Source: an uncultured Candidatus Saccharibacteria bacterium (lineage in GTDB: Bacteria; Patescibacteriota; Minisyncoccia; 2-02-FULL-40-12; GWA2-44-9). Taken from it: a stretch of DNA of 64,000 nt. The notes below the pieces were generated by a model. The model was not told the DNA's origin. It worked only from the letters and a program-made list of their open reading frames with translations, and did not search any database. Location of the stretch: positions 73,452-137,451 of the forward strand of contig CAYTBY010000001.1 in assembly GCA_964436165.1 (NCBI GenBank), given 5' to 3'. Shown here piece by piece: positions 8,944-17,583 of the stretch (position 1 is its first letter; each line of letters begins with the position of its first letter). Made by a program: the position numbers and the translations under genes.

Positions 8944-8986
8944 TTTCCTAATCGTCTAAAATTTTAAGAAGTGTCATGGGAAATAA
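8944..8986 (+). repeat. Right copy of the direct repeat bounding the TA/GNAT cassette; includes the start of the 8976 gene
   Basis: See 7773-7816. The left copy carries a 22-codon remnant ORF (atgagaaataaa...) resembling the 5' end of this gene (atgggaaataat...). Confidence 0.6.
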
Positions 8987-9263
8987 TATGGAAAATTTAG
9001 AGCAAAAAATCCAAAAAATTGAGGAAAGAAATCAGCGAGTCGAAGTTGATAAAGCATGGGAAACAAGCTGGACAAGGCGAGTTTTGTTGGCCATATTTAC
9101 ATATATTTCAATCGGAGTGTATATGTGGGCAATTGAGATAACGCGCTCGTGGTTGAATGCAGTAGTACCCGCTGTGGCATTTATGCTATCAACGCTCACA
9201 ATGCCGCTTTTCAAAAAATTATGGCTGAAAAACAAGGAAAAATCCCTGCGTGACAGTATTTAA
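8976..9263 (+). CDS. Small membrane protein (2 TM), hypothetical
   Basis: ORF with hydrophobic segments LLAIFTYISIGVYMWAI and VVPAVAFMLSTL. Its 5' end appears to have been duplicated at 7806. Confidence 0.45.
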   Translation: MGNNMENLEQKIQKIEERNQRVEVDKAWETSWTRRVLLAIFTYISIGVYMWAIEITRSWLNAVVPAVAFMLSTLTMPLFKKLWLKNKEKSLRDSI

Positions 9264-9379
9264 AGTGTAAAAATGTGGTCTTGCTTGTCCTGAGGTATTC
9301 GAAGGATAAATAGCTCGGAACATCAGCAGTTTTCCGGGTCGAGAATATAGAGTAAAATCATTTTTTTGAAAATAATAAC

Positions 9380-9411
9380 GCTAGGAGTTATGATATATCA
9401 TAACTCCTAGC
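9380..9411. promoter_or_regulatory. Perfect 32-bp palindrome (putative operator) upstream of the small CxxC gene, copy 2
   Basis: gctaggagttatgatatatcataactcctagc equals its own reverse complement. Contains a tatgatat -10-like core. Only the left half is conserved in copy 1 (4640-4664). Confidence 0.55.
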
Positions 9412-9435
9412 ACTGTATGGGTTTAATAATTTTTT

Positions 9436-9618
9436 ATGAAAACCACTAAAGTTAAAAATAAAAAAGAGAACAAAACCGATTGGGAATATTTTGATGATTG
9501 CGGAATCTGCCAGGCCATGAAAGTAGCCGATAAACAAGGAAGAAGTCTATCGGGAAAAGAATTAGCAGAGGCATTTAAGAAGCAGAACAAAAAGAATAAT
9601 GATGAAAAATATAATTAG
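9436..9618 (+). CDS. Small lysine-rich CxxC protein (60 aa), paralog of 4696-4869
   Basis: MKTTKVKNKKENKTDWEYFDDCGICQAM...; N-terminus near-identical to copy 1. Confidence 0.5.
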   Translation: MKTTKVKNKKENKTDWEYFDDCGICQAMKVADKQGRSLSGKELAEAFKKQNKKNNDEKYN

Positions 9619-9655
9619 TGAGGGGAAATATAAACGGTTTGAGCGAAAAAATTAA

Positions 9656-9874
9656 ATGTCTAAACCGATAATCTCTAGCGGGATGAGACCAATAATTTGG
9701 GGATTGATATTTTTCGGGATAGGGGCGGTGGGCTGGGTATTCTCGGTTGTTCTGGCGGTTATTACTCTCGGGGCACTTAAATTTTTAACTTATATTTTTG
9801 GGTATTTATTTGCCTTGAGTTTGCCGGTGGCCGGTATTTGGGAACTCATCCGGTGGATTAAGAATAAAAAGTAA
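9656..9874 (+). CDS. Small 2-TM membrane protein, hypothetical
   Basis: 72-aa ORF, almost entirely hydrophobic (IIWGLIFFGIGAVGWVFSVVLAVITLGALKFL...). Confidence 0.4.
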   Translation: MSKPIISSGMRPIIWGLIFFGIGAVGWVFSVVLAVITLGALKFLTYIFGYLFALSLPVAGIWELIRWIKNKK

Positions 9875-9933
9875 GTTTATTAAATGAATCATCCGCGTCG
9901 AGCCTTATTTAAAAAAGTGATAAACTATATAAT

Positions 9934-11067
9934 ATGAAATTCGAATTAAGCCCTTTTCTCCAAGCCCTAGTCGCTATCCTAATTGTTGTCGGTGGACCCT
10001 TCCTTTTGTTCGGTCCCGGTCCGGTCCAAAGTCCTGTCCAAAATCCGGATACTAGCCCAAATACGGTTGAGCTTAATCTGAATAGTAAAATATACGTCGC
10101 TATTGAAGGAGAGGGCAAAATCTCGGTCATAGATCCCGTGGGACAGAAAGTCGTTAAGAACATCGATCTTTCCGGTTTTATGCCCCACAATGTTCAGGTT
10201 AGTCCGGACAATAAAACCGTCTGGGTTACCGGAAATGCCGCGGCTCATAGTCATTCCATCCGTCTTATTCAATCGGTAAATGCCGAGGGAGATAACCCGG
10301 ATGAAGTAATTGTGATTGATCCCTCTTCAGATAAGGTCATAAAAAGAATACCGATAAGACCGGGAATTCATTTGGCCCATGTTGTACTAACTCCCGATTC
10401 CAGATATGCCTATGTAACAGCTCAGACAGAGGGAGTCATCAATAAGATAGATGCGGTAAGTTTCAGATTGATAAAAAGTATTAAAACCGGAGAAGAAAGC
10501 CAGCCTCACGGATTAAGAATATCGCTTGATGAAAAATATGCCTATGTTGCAATGTTGGGCAGTAGGGCTTTGGGCATACTAGACCTTTCCAATGACAGCT
10601 TTTCTGAGATTTTCCTGGGCGGAGCAGCGGTACAGGCCGGCGTGACTCCGGATAATAAATATGCCGTAGTGTCTCTCTATGACACGAAGCGACTCGCCAT
10701 TTACGATGTTATCGGTAAAAAGATTAATTACGTTGAGCTTCCCGTAAGTGCCAAGGGGCCTATCCAGATGTACTCAACTCCTGATTCGCGTTTCATTTAT
10801 CTTGCCGATCAGGGATATTATTTTGAACAGCCGTCCAGCGAGTGGGTTTATAAAATTGATATGATGGCTAAAAAAGTCGTGAAAGAAATTAAAGCCGGAA
10901 AAGCGCCTCATGGCGTGGTCGTCTCCGGTGACGGAAAATTTGTTTATGTTACTAATCTTTTAAGTGAGGATGTTTCGGTGATAGATACTTCCAGCGATCA
11001 AGAAGTGGGACGGATCAAAGTTGGAAAAGAACCTAATGGTATAAGCGTGTGGAATAAAAATAACTAA
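9934..11067 (+). CDS. Secreted YVTN-type beta-propeller repeat protein
   Basis: N-terminal signal/anchor. Repeated units of about 40 aa, such as KIYVAIEGEGKISVIDPVGQKVV and KFVYVTNLLSEDVSVIDTSSDQEV, typical of the YVTN beta-propeller family. Confidence 0.6.
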   Translation: MKFELSPFLQALVAILIVVGGPFLLFGPGPVQSPVQNPDTSPNTVELNLNSKIYVAIEGEGKISVIDPVGQKVVKNIDLSGFMPHNVQVSPDNKTVWVTGNAAAHSHSIRLIQSVNAEGDNPDEVIVIDPSSDKVIKRIPIRPGIHLAHVVLTPDSRYAYVTAQTEGVINKIDAVSFRLIKSIKTGEESQPHGLRISLDEKYAYVAMLGSRALGILDLSNDSFSEIFLGGAAVQAGVTPDNKYAVVSLYDTKRLAIYDVIGKKINYVELPVSAKGPIQMYSTPDSRFIYLADQGYYFEQPSSEWVYKIDMMAKKVVKEIKAGKAPHGVVVSGDGKFVYVTNLLSEDVSVIDTSSDQEVGRIKVGKEPNGISVWNKNN

Positions 11068-11084
11068 TATAATACAATTAATAC

Positions 11085-11492
11085 ATGACTAATCAAAAAT
11101 TGTTTGAGTGGGCGTTGAGGATAGGCGTGGCCGGAGAATTTATCGGCCATGGGGTTTTTGCCTTGCAGGGCAAAAAGGATTGGATAGGATGGTTTGGAAA
11201 ATTTGGAGTTAATGATCCGGAGATGGCAAAGAATTTGCTATTTCTTATCGGTTTGACGGATTTGGCAGTGGCGGTGTTTGTTTTGATAAAACCGATCAGA
11301 ATTGCCCTTCTTTGGGCGGTGGCATGGGGATTCTGGACGGCGCTGTTGAGGCCGTTAGTCGGCATGCCCGTATGGGATTTTATCGAAAGGTGGGCGAACT
11401 GGGCGGCGCCGTTGGCATTGCTGGCTTTTTACGGATGGCCAAAGGGTTTGAAAAACTGGTTCAGGGTAAAGAATCAAGACATTGTTCAATAA
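11085..11492 (+). CDS. DoxX-like integral membrane protein
   Basis: 4 predicted TM segments. N-terminal LRIGVAGEFIGHGVFAL resembles the DoxX family signature. Low certainty. Confidence 0.35.
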   Translation: MTNQKLFEWALRIGVAGEFIGHGVFALQGKKDWIGWFGKFGVNDPEMAKNLLFLIGLTDLAVAVFVLIKPIRIALLWAVAWGFWTALLRPLVGMPVWDFIERWANWAAPLALLAFYGWPKGLKNWFRVKNQDIVQ

Positions 11493-11512
11493 ACTGTGAA
11501 GTAATATAAATT

Positions 11513-12001
11513 ATGTCCACCGAAAAAGAAAAAAATAAAAAACTGGCCCTCAAATTTTTAAAAGACCATAAAACGGCTGTGATTGCGACGGCCTCAAGAA
11601 GCGGGGAACCGGAAGCGGCGACACTTTTTTACGCTATCGATAATAATTTTACTTTTAGTTTCATGACCGATAAAGAAAGCAGGAAATACAAAAACTTAAA
11701 AGAAAATCCTCATGTTGCGATAGTAGTTGGTACCGGTCCGGACGTTATGTCGGTTCAATGCGGGGGTCATGCCGAAATAATTGATTATCTCAAAGATACG
11801 GATCGGGCCGAAAAGATAATAAGGAAGGTAATAGATAATACTAAACTGCATGGCGGTCCGCCTGCCTTGCCGGTGCTCATGAATCCAGATGTGGAGCTGG
11901 GTGTTTTTACGATAAAGCCGGAATGGATGACGATGCTTAATCTGGAGTATAAAAAAGACCCCGAAGGTTATAAGTCTGAATATTACAAGGTTCTTCCATA
12001 A
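11513..12001 (+). CDS. Pyridoxamine 5'-phosphate oxidase-like FMN-binding split-barrel protein (general stress protein 26-like)
   Basis: HKTAVIATASRSGEPEAATLFYAIDNNFTFSFMTDKESRKYKNLKENPHVAIVV resembles the PNPOx-like family. Confidence 0.55.
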   Translation: MSTEKEKNKKLALKFLKDHKTAVIATASRSGEPEAATLFYAIDNNFTFSFMTDKESRKYKNLKENPHVAIVVGTGPDVMSVQCGGHAEIIDYLKDTDRAEKIIRKVIDNTKLHGGPPALPVLMNPDVELGVFTIKPEWMTMLNLEYKKDPEGYKSEYYKVLP

Positions 12002-12127
12002 TTTAACTTAGGAACTGGCTCGGATAAAGAAGTGAGTTAAAGACCGTCTTTCGATTGATTTCGGGGCGGTTTTTGTCTGGACAAATAAAAAAATATAGGA
12101 TAGAACTCAGATAGTTTTCGGCGTTCT

Positions 12128-13279
12128 TTGAAAAGGCGGTTCAAATTGGACAACGTTAAAATTGCAGTCGAACTCCACGGGCATCAGCCTTTTTGGCAGC
12201 CTCGAAACATTATCGAGCAAATTTCCGGTGAATGTTACGATCCTATATTTAGTCTTGTGGAGGAAATCGACGGTTTTTGTTTCACGGTAAATACAAATCT
12301 CTGTCTCCTGGAACATTTGGAGAAATATCGTCTCGATGTCTTGGAAAAATTCAAAAGAATGGTTCAAGCTAAAAAGCTTGAGCTTGTGGCCTCAACGGCC
12401 CATCATCCCATTATGCCTTTGATACCAGAATCTGTTCAGATAATGCAGATAGAAGAGGATCTGAGAAAAAAGGAAGAACGTTTTGGCATTAAGCATACTT
12501 GTCAGGGCTTTTTCCTGCCCGAAATGGCTTTCTCGGCAAATATTGTCGAACTTTTAAAAAGCTATAAATATCGATGGACAGTTATCGACGATGTGCCGTT
12601 TGGGGCCCACTATGGTAAAAACTCGGTGCCGTTTAATAAAATAGTAAGTTTGAAAGGCTTTAAAGTATTCATGCGTTCTAACTATTGGAGCAATATGATA
12701 TCGTCGGGTAAATTTTCTTTTTGGGATATAAAAAACATGATGGAATCCCAACTTCCCAACTGGACGGGTAATGTTCCGGCGTATATCATCATTGCCATGG
12801 ATATCGAGACTTTCGGCCATCACCATCATCATTTGATAGATATGTTTTTAAGGCCGATGCTGAAAGAATGGGCGGGGAATAAAATTGTTTCCATCGAATC
12901 CCTTATTCCGGATTTCCAGGAAAGGAAGGTTCATTATCTGCCTGATGGTTCTTGGTCAACATCAATCGAGGATATCGAAAGAAACAATCCTTATCCTTTG
13001 TGGAGCGGTTTCAGCAGGAATCGTTACTTTCTTTGGAAGCTGGTCAATACCGCTCTTGAACATTTAGAGCAGGCTCCGGAGGATTGTCTTAAAATAACCA
13101 CTTCCTGTCATTGGTGGTGGATATCAAGGTCAGGCAACGAGCCGGACTTTATGAAAAAAGGCGCCGAGTTAGCCATGGATATCCTAAGAAAATATGGAAC
13201 CCAAGAAGAAAAGGCATCAGTTCAGGAGTGTTACGATAAACTGATGAAAGTTACGAAAGTTTTTGTAAATAATGATTAG
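12128..13279 (+). CDS. Glycoside hydrolase family 57-like protein
   Basis: GH57-like motifs: HGHQP near the N-terminus, LELVASTAHHP, FLPEMAFS (candidate nucleophile Glu) and AMDIETFGHH (candidate acid/base Asp). Confidence 0.45.
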   Translation: MKRRFKLDNVKIAVELHGHQPFWQPRNIIEQISGECYDPIFSLVEEIDGFCFTVNTNLCLLEHLEKYRLDVLEKFKRMVQAKKLELVASTAHHPIMPLIPESVQIMQIEEDLRKKEERFGIKHTCQGFFLPEMAFSANIVELLKSYKYRWTVIDDVPFGAHYGKNSVPFNKIVSLKGFKVFMRSNYWSNMISSGKFSFWDIKNMMESQLPNWTGNVPAYIIIAMDIETFGHHHHHLIDMFLRPMLKEWAGNKIVSIESLIPDFQERKVHYLPDGSWSTSIEDIERNNPYPLWSGFSRNRYFLWKLVNTALEHLEQAPEDCLKITTSCHWWWISRSGNEPDFMKKGAELAMDILRKYGTQEEKASVQECYDKLMKVTKVFVNND

Positions 13280-13321
13280 GACCTCTAATTTGCCATATTG
13301 GTTTTAAAAAATTTAAAAAGT

Positions 13322-13355
13322 AATCCACGGGACAGAAACCGTGGATTTTTATTTT
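13322..13355 (+). terminator. Rho-independent terminator
   Basis: aatccacgggacagaaaccgtggatt hairpin followed by tttatttt. Confidence 0.55.
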
Positions 13356-13377
13356 GTAAAATGTTTTAATTAAATTT

Positions 13378-14394
13378 ATGAAGAAAAAGAGAGAGATACT
13401 AGTGGCGATTAGCGGCGGTTTTGACCCAATTCATATTGGGCATGTTCGGTTAATACAGGAAGCTGGGAAATTAGGAAATAGACTGGTAGTAATTTTGAAT
13501 AATGATAATTGGCTCAAGAAAAAGAAGACCCATATTTTTATGCATCAAAAAGAGAGGAAGGAGATAATCGAATCAATTGAGGGAGTCGATGAGGTTATAA
13601 TCTCAAGCCATCCTAAAAACCCTAAAGATATGAGCGTCTCGAAGGAAATTTTAAAAATTAAACCCGATATTTTTGCTAATGGTGGAGATAGAAAGGAAGA
13701 AAAAGATATTTTGGAAGGAGAGGCCTGTCGTAAGGTCGGATGCAAGTTGGTTTTTAATGTTGGCCAGGGTGGAAAAATTCAGTCCAGTTCTTGGCTCTTA
13801 ACCAAATATGTCAACAAACTAAAGCCGGTTAGAAAATTAAATATTAATAAGATACTGAACGAACTGAGGATTGTATTTAGGAAATCCAAAATAAAATTTC
13901 CTGAAAAATTACGAATAAAAACATCGAAAATAATCCTTAGATTAATGAATCGTCGTCGGGGATTCGGTCTCTTTATAATTATCGGCTGGCAGGATAAGTG
14001 GCGTAAGTATACCGACTTGCCCGATTCAAGGCAGGATATTTATGTCAGGCACCATCAGAATATTTTAAAACACTACCACAGTCACAAACACGACATTGAA
14101 ACAACCGTTAATTTTGACGGAGCAATTCTTGTCGATAAGAGGGGCAACATTGTTCATTCCGGGATTATTATCGAGGGCTTAAGGCCGGGAGTAATTGCCG
14201 ATAAAATACGTCCTGGCCACTTTAAAGATCTTTCGGAGCAGTTTGGTTTTGGCGAAAAAGTCCACTCTCGGCACTTATCGGCCATAACTTGTTCCTATAT
14301 TTTTAAAGGAACAACGGTCATGACCGTTTCCGAAGAAAATGATTCTTTTCATGTCTTTGAAGGCGGGAGGATAATTTATAAAACTCACAATTAA
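13378..14394 (+). CDS. Fusion protein: N-terminal HIGH-motif cytidylyl/adenylyltransferase domain plus C-terminal diadenylate cyclase (DAC)-like domain
   Basis: N-terminus ILVAISGGFDPIHIGHVRLIQEAGKLGNRLVVILNND (HxGH nucleotidyltransferase). C-terminus GFGLFIIIG…FDGAILVDKRGNIVHSG…HSRHLSAITCS…TVMTVSEENDSFHVFEGGRI aligns with the DAC DGA and RHR(AA)…VSEETG motifs, with the second Arg replaced. Confidence 0.5.
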   Translation: MKKKREILVAISGGFDPIHIGHVRLIQEAGKLGNRLVVILNNDNWLKKKKTHIFMHQKERKEIIESIEGVDEVIISSHPKNPKDMSVSKEILKIKPDIFANGGDRKEEKDILEGEACRKVGCKLVFNVGQGGKIQSSSWLLTKYVNKLKPVRKLNINKILNELRIVFRKSKIKFPEKLRIKTSKIILRLMNRRRGFGLFIIIGWQDKWRKYTDLPDSRQDIYVRHHQNILKHYHSHKHDIETTVNFDGAILVDKRGNIVHSGIIIEGLRPGVIADKIRPGHFKDLSEQFGFGEKVHSRHLSAITCSYIFKGTTVMTVSEENDSFHVFEGGRIIYKTHN

Positions 14395-14457
14395 AATGTT
14401 TTGACTCCTGTTGTTTTTTATTGTATTCTCTAGCTCAAGAACCTTTACACTTAAAGG

Positions 14458-15975
14458 GTGTTAACTATGCAGGCTTTGGAACTATCGCGATGGCCGACCT
14501 TGCAGATTGGCAAGAGTCCGCCGGGGAAGTCGGTCGATATTTTTATTGTTGATTCAGCCAATATCCCACCCGATATTGAAAAGATGATCAAGAGTTCTAA
14601 GCTGTCTTGGAGTAATAAAGGTAATAATCTGATTGTTGCTAAGGATGTTGACTTCGTAAAGATCTTTGCGCCCATCAACTCTAAAAGTCCGAGGAGTCAG
14701 AGAGGAATTCTAAATAGGCTTCTTGAGAAATTTAAATTACTATGTCGGGAAGATTATGCTTTTGATGGATGTAATTTTGACATTCGAACCGATCTATTTA
14801 AGACGGAAGTGCTTGAATCATTCATGCTTGCTTTATATGAATTCTCGTGTTTTAAATCTGAGAAGAACTTGATCAAAGATATCTTTGTGTCTGGTGATCT
14901 GTCGGATGAGGAAATGAGAAGGATAAATAAAATTATTGCGATTCTGCCTTGGGTTTATTTCGTGCAAGATATGGTAAATTATCCTCCAAATTTCAAGCCG
15001 CCGGAAATTTTAGCTGAAACGATAAAAAAGCAACTTCGAGATTTGCCCGATATAAAAATAAATGAATGGGAAGGGGATTCTCTTCGGGATAAGTTTGATC
15101 CTGTTTGGAATGTGGGCAAGGGCTCAGATAATAAGCCGGTGGTTTTAAAAATAGAATATCTTTCCGAAAAACCCGTTAATGCTCAGCCGGTAGTTCTTGT
15201 AGGCAAGGGGGTTTGTTTTGATTCTGGCGGTATGAATGCAAAGATTAATGAAACTTTGGCAGAAATGAAGTTAGATATGGCCGGTGCTGCGGCTGTTGCT
15301 GGTATCTGCGGTTATATTGCTTCACAAAAATGGCCTGTCCATATAGTTGCTTACCTTCCTTTGGTTGAGAATCTACTCGATTCAAGATCCATCAAAGCCT
15401 CAGATGTCGTTTCCTTGCCTACCGTCGTCGACCCCAAAGATAAAAAGGATTTTGAATATATTGAAGTAGTAGATACTGACGCAGAAGGACGTCTTCTCCT
15501 GTGCGCTATGGTAAATCATGCCAGATTATACAACAACCCAGATTTAATAGTTACTGTTGCTACTCTTTGTGGAACGACCGAGGGCATGCTTGGCTCATAT
15601 GCCGCCGCCGCTGTTTCTAAGGTGAAAAAACTTCTAGAAGATATTGAAGCTGCCGGTGTAGCTACGGATGAGAATTATGCTTCTGTTCGGGTGAGTCCTG
15701 ATATGCTCGATGAATGCCAGACCGACATGGAAGGTGAAATTACAGACTGGAAAAATTATAGTAATTCTATTGATAGCGGCGATACCTTGATGGCGTTTGG
15801 ATTAATACAGCATTTTGCGGAAAATGTACCCTTTCTTCACCTAGATATATGTGGAGTAGCATTGTTGAAAGACAGTGTTATATATAAGTCAAAAAAAAGA
15901 AGGCCGAATGGCGCTTCTGGGTGGGGAGTGAGATCGGTTTCTGAGTTTTTAAAGAGACATTTTAACCTAACGTAA
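14458..15975 (+). CDS. pepA: Leucyl aminopeptidase (M17 family)
   Basis: VLVGKGVCFDSGGMNAK and VVDTDAEGRLLLCAM (NTDAEGRL signature). The start may be the ATG at 14467. Confidence 0.85.
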   Translation: MLTMQALELSRWPTLQIGKSPPGKSVDIFIVDSANIPPDIEKMIKSSKLSWSNKGNNLIVAKDVDFVKIFAPINSKSPRSQRGILNRLLEKFKLLCREDYAFDGCNFDIRTDLFKTEVLESFMLALYEFSCFKSEKNLIKDIFVSGDLSDEEMRRINKIIAILPWVYFVQDMVNYPPNFKPPEILAETIKKQLRDLPDIKINEWEGDSLRDKFDPVWNVGKGSDNKPVVLKIEYLSEKPVNAQPVVLVGKGVCFDSGGMNAKINETLAEMKLDMAGAAAVAGICGYIASQKWPVHIVAYLPLVENLLDSRSIKASDVVSLPTVVDPKDKKDFEYIEVVDTDAEGRLLLCAMVNHARLYNNPDLIVTVATLCGTTEGMLGSYAAAAVSKVKKLLEDIEAAGVATDENYASVRVSPDMLDECQTDMEGEITDWKNYSNSIDSGDTLMAFGLIQHFAENVPFLHLDICGVALLKDSVIYKSKKRRPNGASGWGVRSVSEFLKRHFNLT

Positions 15976-16007
15976 GGCCGGCCCAATAGGCCGGTTTTGT
16001 TTTTTAT
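15976..16007 (+). terminator. Rho-independent terminator
   Basis: ggccggcccaataggccgg hairpin followed by ttttgtttttt. Confidence 0.6.
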
Positions 16008-16016
16008 AATTTATTA

Positions 16017-16769
16017 ATGTACAATAATTTTATGTCCAAAGTTGGAACTCTTAAAATTTCACGGAGTGGGTTAAAGCTATTTCTCGAATGTCCGAGGTGT
16101 TTTTGGCTGGATTTGCACCACAAGATTAAAAGGCCGCCCGGATATCCGTATACTTTATCGGCGGCGGTGGATTACTTAGTAAAGAGGGAGTTTGATAAAT
16201 TTAGAGTGGAAGGGACCTTGCCCCCGGTTCTCACCCTGAGCGGAGTCGAAGGGTTAAAAGGTGCTAAGCTTTATGCTGGCGATAATCTTGCCGAGTGGAG
16301 AAATAATTTTAAAGGTATCTCATATTTTGATGAGTCGCTTAATGCAAATTTGTATGGCGCGGTTGACGATGTTTTAGAATTTAAAGACGGGTCATTGGCG
16401 GTTATCGATTATAAATCTTCCGGTTCAAAAGAGATAACTATTTACGATGACTATCAGAAACAGATGGATGTCTATAATTATATTCTTCAGCAGTTGGGCT
16501 ACGAAACATATCCCGAAGCATTTTTTGTTTTCTATCAGGTCATCAAAGAAGGGGAGGATGGTTTTCAAAACGCTTTAAAATTTAAAGAACAGGTAAAAGC
16601 GGTCAAGGTTAATAAGGATTGGGTGGGTCCGGCCTTTGAAGCGGCGGTAGAACTTGCCAGACAGGATTCGCCTCCGGCTCAAAGCGGAAATTCCCAAAAA
16701 CACTGCGACCATTGCCATTACGTCGAGCTGGCCTCTCAATTTAAAATGATCCCAGATTTGAATATTTAA
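16017..16769 (+). CDS. Cas4/RecB-like PD-(D/E)xK nuclease, standalone
   Basis: D…IDYK core (AVDDVLEF…LAVIDYKSS). QxxxY motif (YQKQMDVYNYI). Cys pairs at both ends (LECPRCFWL; HCDHCH) compatible with a Cas4-type Fe-S cluster. No cas genes adjacent. Confidence 0.55.
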   Translation: MYNNFMSKVGTLKISRSGLKLFLECPRCFWLDLHHKIKRPPGYPYTLSAAVDYLVKREFDKFRVEGTLPPVLTLSGVEGLKGAKLYAGDNLAEWRNNFKGISYFDESLNANLYGAVDDVLEFKDGSLAVIDYKSSGSKEITIYDDYQKQMDVYNYILQQLGYETYPEAFFVFYQVIKEGEDGFQNALKFKEQVKAVKVNKDWVGPAFEAAVELARQDSPPAQSGNSQKHCDHCHYVELASQFKMIPDLNI

Positions 16770-16793
16770 AAAAGCGTCCTCGCGGGACGCTTT
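16768..16793. terminator. Bidirectional terminator between convergent genes
   Basis: aaagcgtcctcgcgggacgcttt; a perfect hairpin with A/T flanks on both strands. Confidence 0.55.
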
Positions 16794-16799
16794 AGCAGC

Positions 16800-17474
16800 C
16801 TATCGATTAAAGTTTGCTATTTGTCGGTTAAGCCGAATTTCTTTCTTTTCTTCAGCTAAGTTTCGGCTTATCAGCTGATTAATTTCTTGGTGGGCTTTCA
16901 GGAGATCAACACCAGCTTGATGTTCGCTTGCCTTTAATTCTTCAACTTCGGATTGAAGTTCCTTGTTCTTGGCTTCGAGGGTTTCTTTTTGCTTTAAGGC
17001 CTCAAGAAGCTGCTCTCTAAGATTATTGTTATCAATCTTGGTTTGATTTAGTTTCGCCAGGCATTCAGTAAGGGTCTTTGCCAACTCCACATCGTCTCGA
17101 ACTTTCACACGGTGATTTCTCGGTTTTTCTGTCTCGTCAGAAGCCGTACCGACATTATCATTCATCCCTTTTCTTTTTAGGGCCGTTTTCCATGAATTGC
17201 CATCTTCGTATCCCTCCGCAAGGGCCAAGGATTTAGGCTGGCTGGAGCCTGGCACAAAATTTCCTCTCTTAAGAACAAGGATGTGGTGCTCCAAGAACTT
17301 CCTTAGGTTGATCGTAATTGACACCTGGGAAGCCCCTATAGCTTTTGCCAATTGTTTAGTGGTTGTTTCAAATCCGTTGCTAGACGAAACAGCACATTCT
17401 TTTCTCAAATAATTAATGATACTCTCGGCAACATTCTTGTGGTGTGTTTTCCTGGATGGCCGTGATTCTTGCAT
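16800..17474 (-). CDS. Putative DNA-binding protein: N-terminal wHTH-like domain plus C-terminal coiled coil
   Basis: N-terminus …LAKAIGASQVSITINLRKFLEHHILVLKRGNF (HTH-like). C-terminal heptad-rich region (LREQLLEALKQKETLEAKNKELQSEVEELK). Confidence 0.4.
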   Translation of the reverse strand: MQESRPSRKTHHKNVAESIINYLRKECAVSSSNGFETTTKQLAKAIGASQVSITINLRKFLEHHILVLKRGNFVPGSSQPKSLALAEGYEDGNSWKTALKRKGMNDNVGTASDETEKPRNHRVKVRDDVELAKTLTECLAKLNQTKIDNNNLREQLLEALKQKETLEAKNKELQSEVEELKASEHQAGVDLLKAHQEINQLISRNLAEEKKEIRLNRQIANFNR

Positions 17475-17583
17475 CAGATCCTCCTTGGGGAAGAGTGTTA
17501 AGGAACCCGAATCCTTATATTATACACGAGCTATAATATAAGTCAAGATCTATTGTCGGTGTAAATTGTGTTAAAATTCTACT

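Noticed and set aside
16017-16769. Cas4-like nuclease as evidence of a CRISPR-Cas locus
   Set aside because: Same reasoning: there is no array or adaptation/effector genes nearby. Cas4-fold nucleases are widespread outside CRISPR loci.
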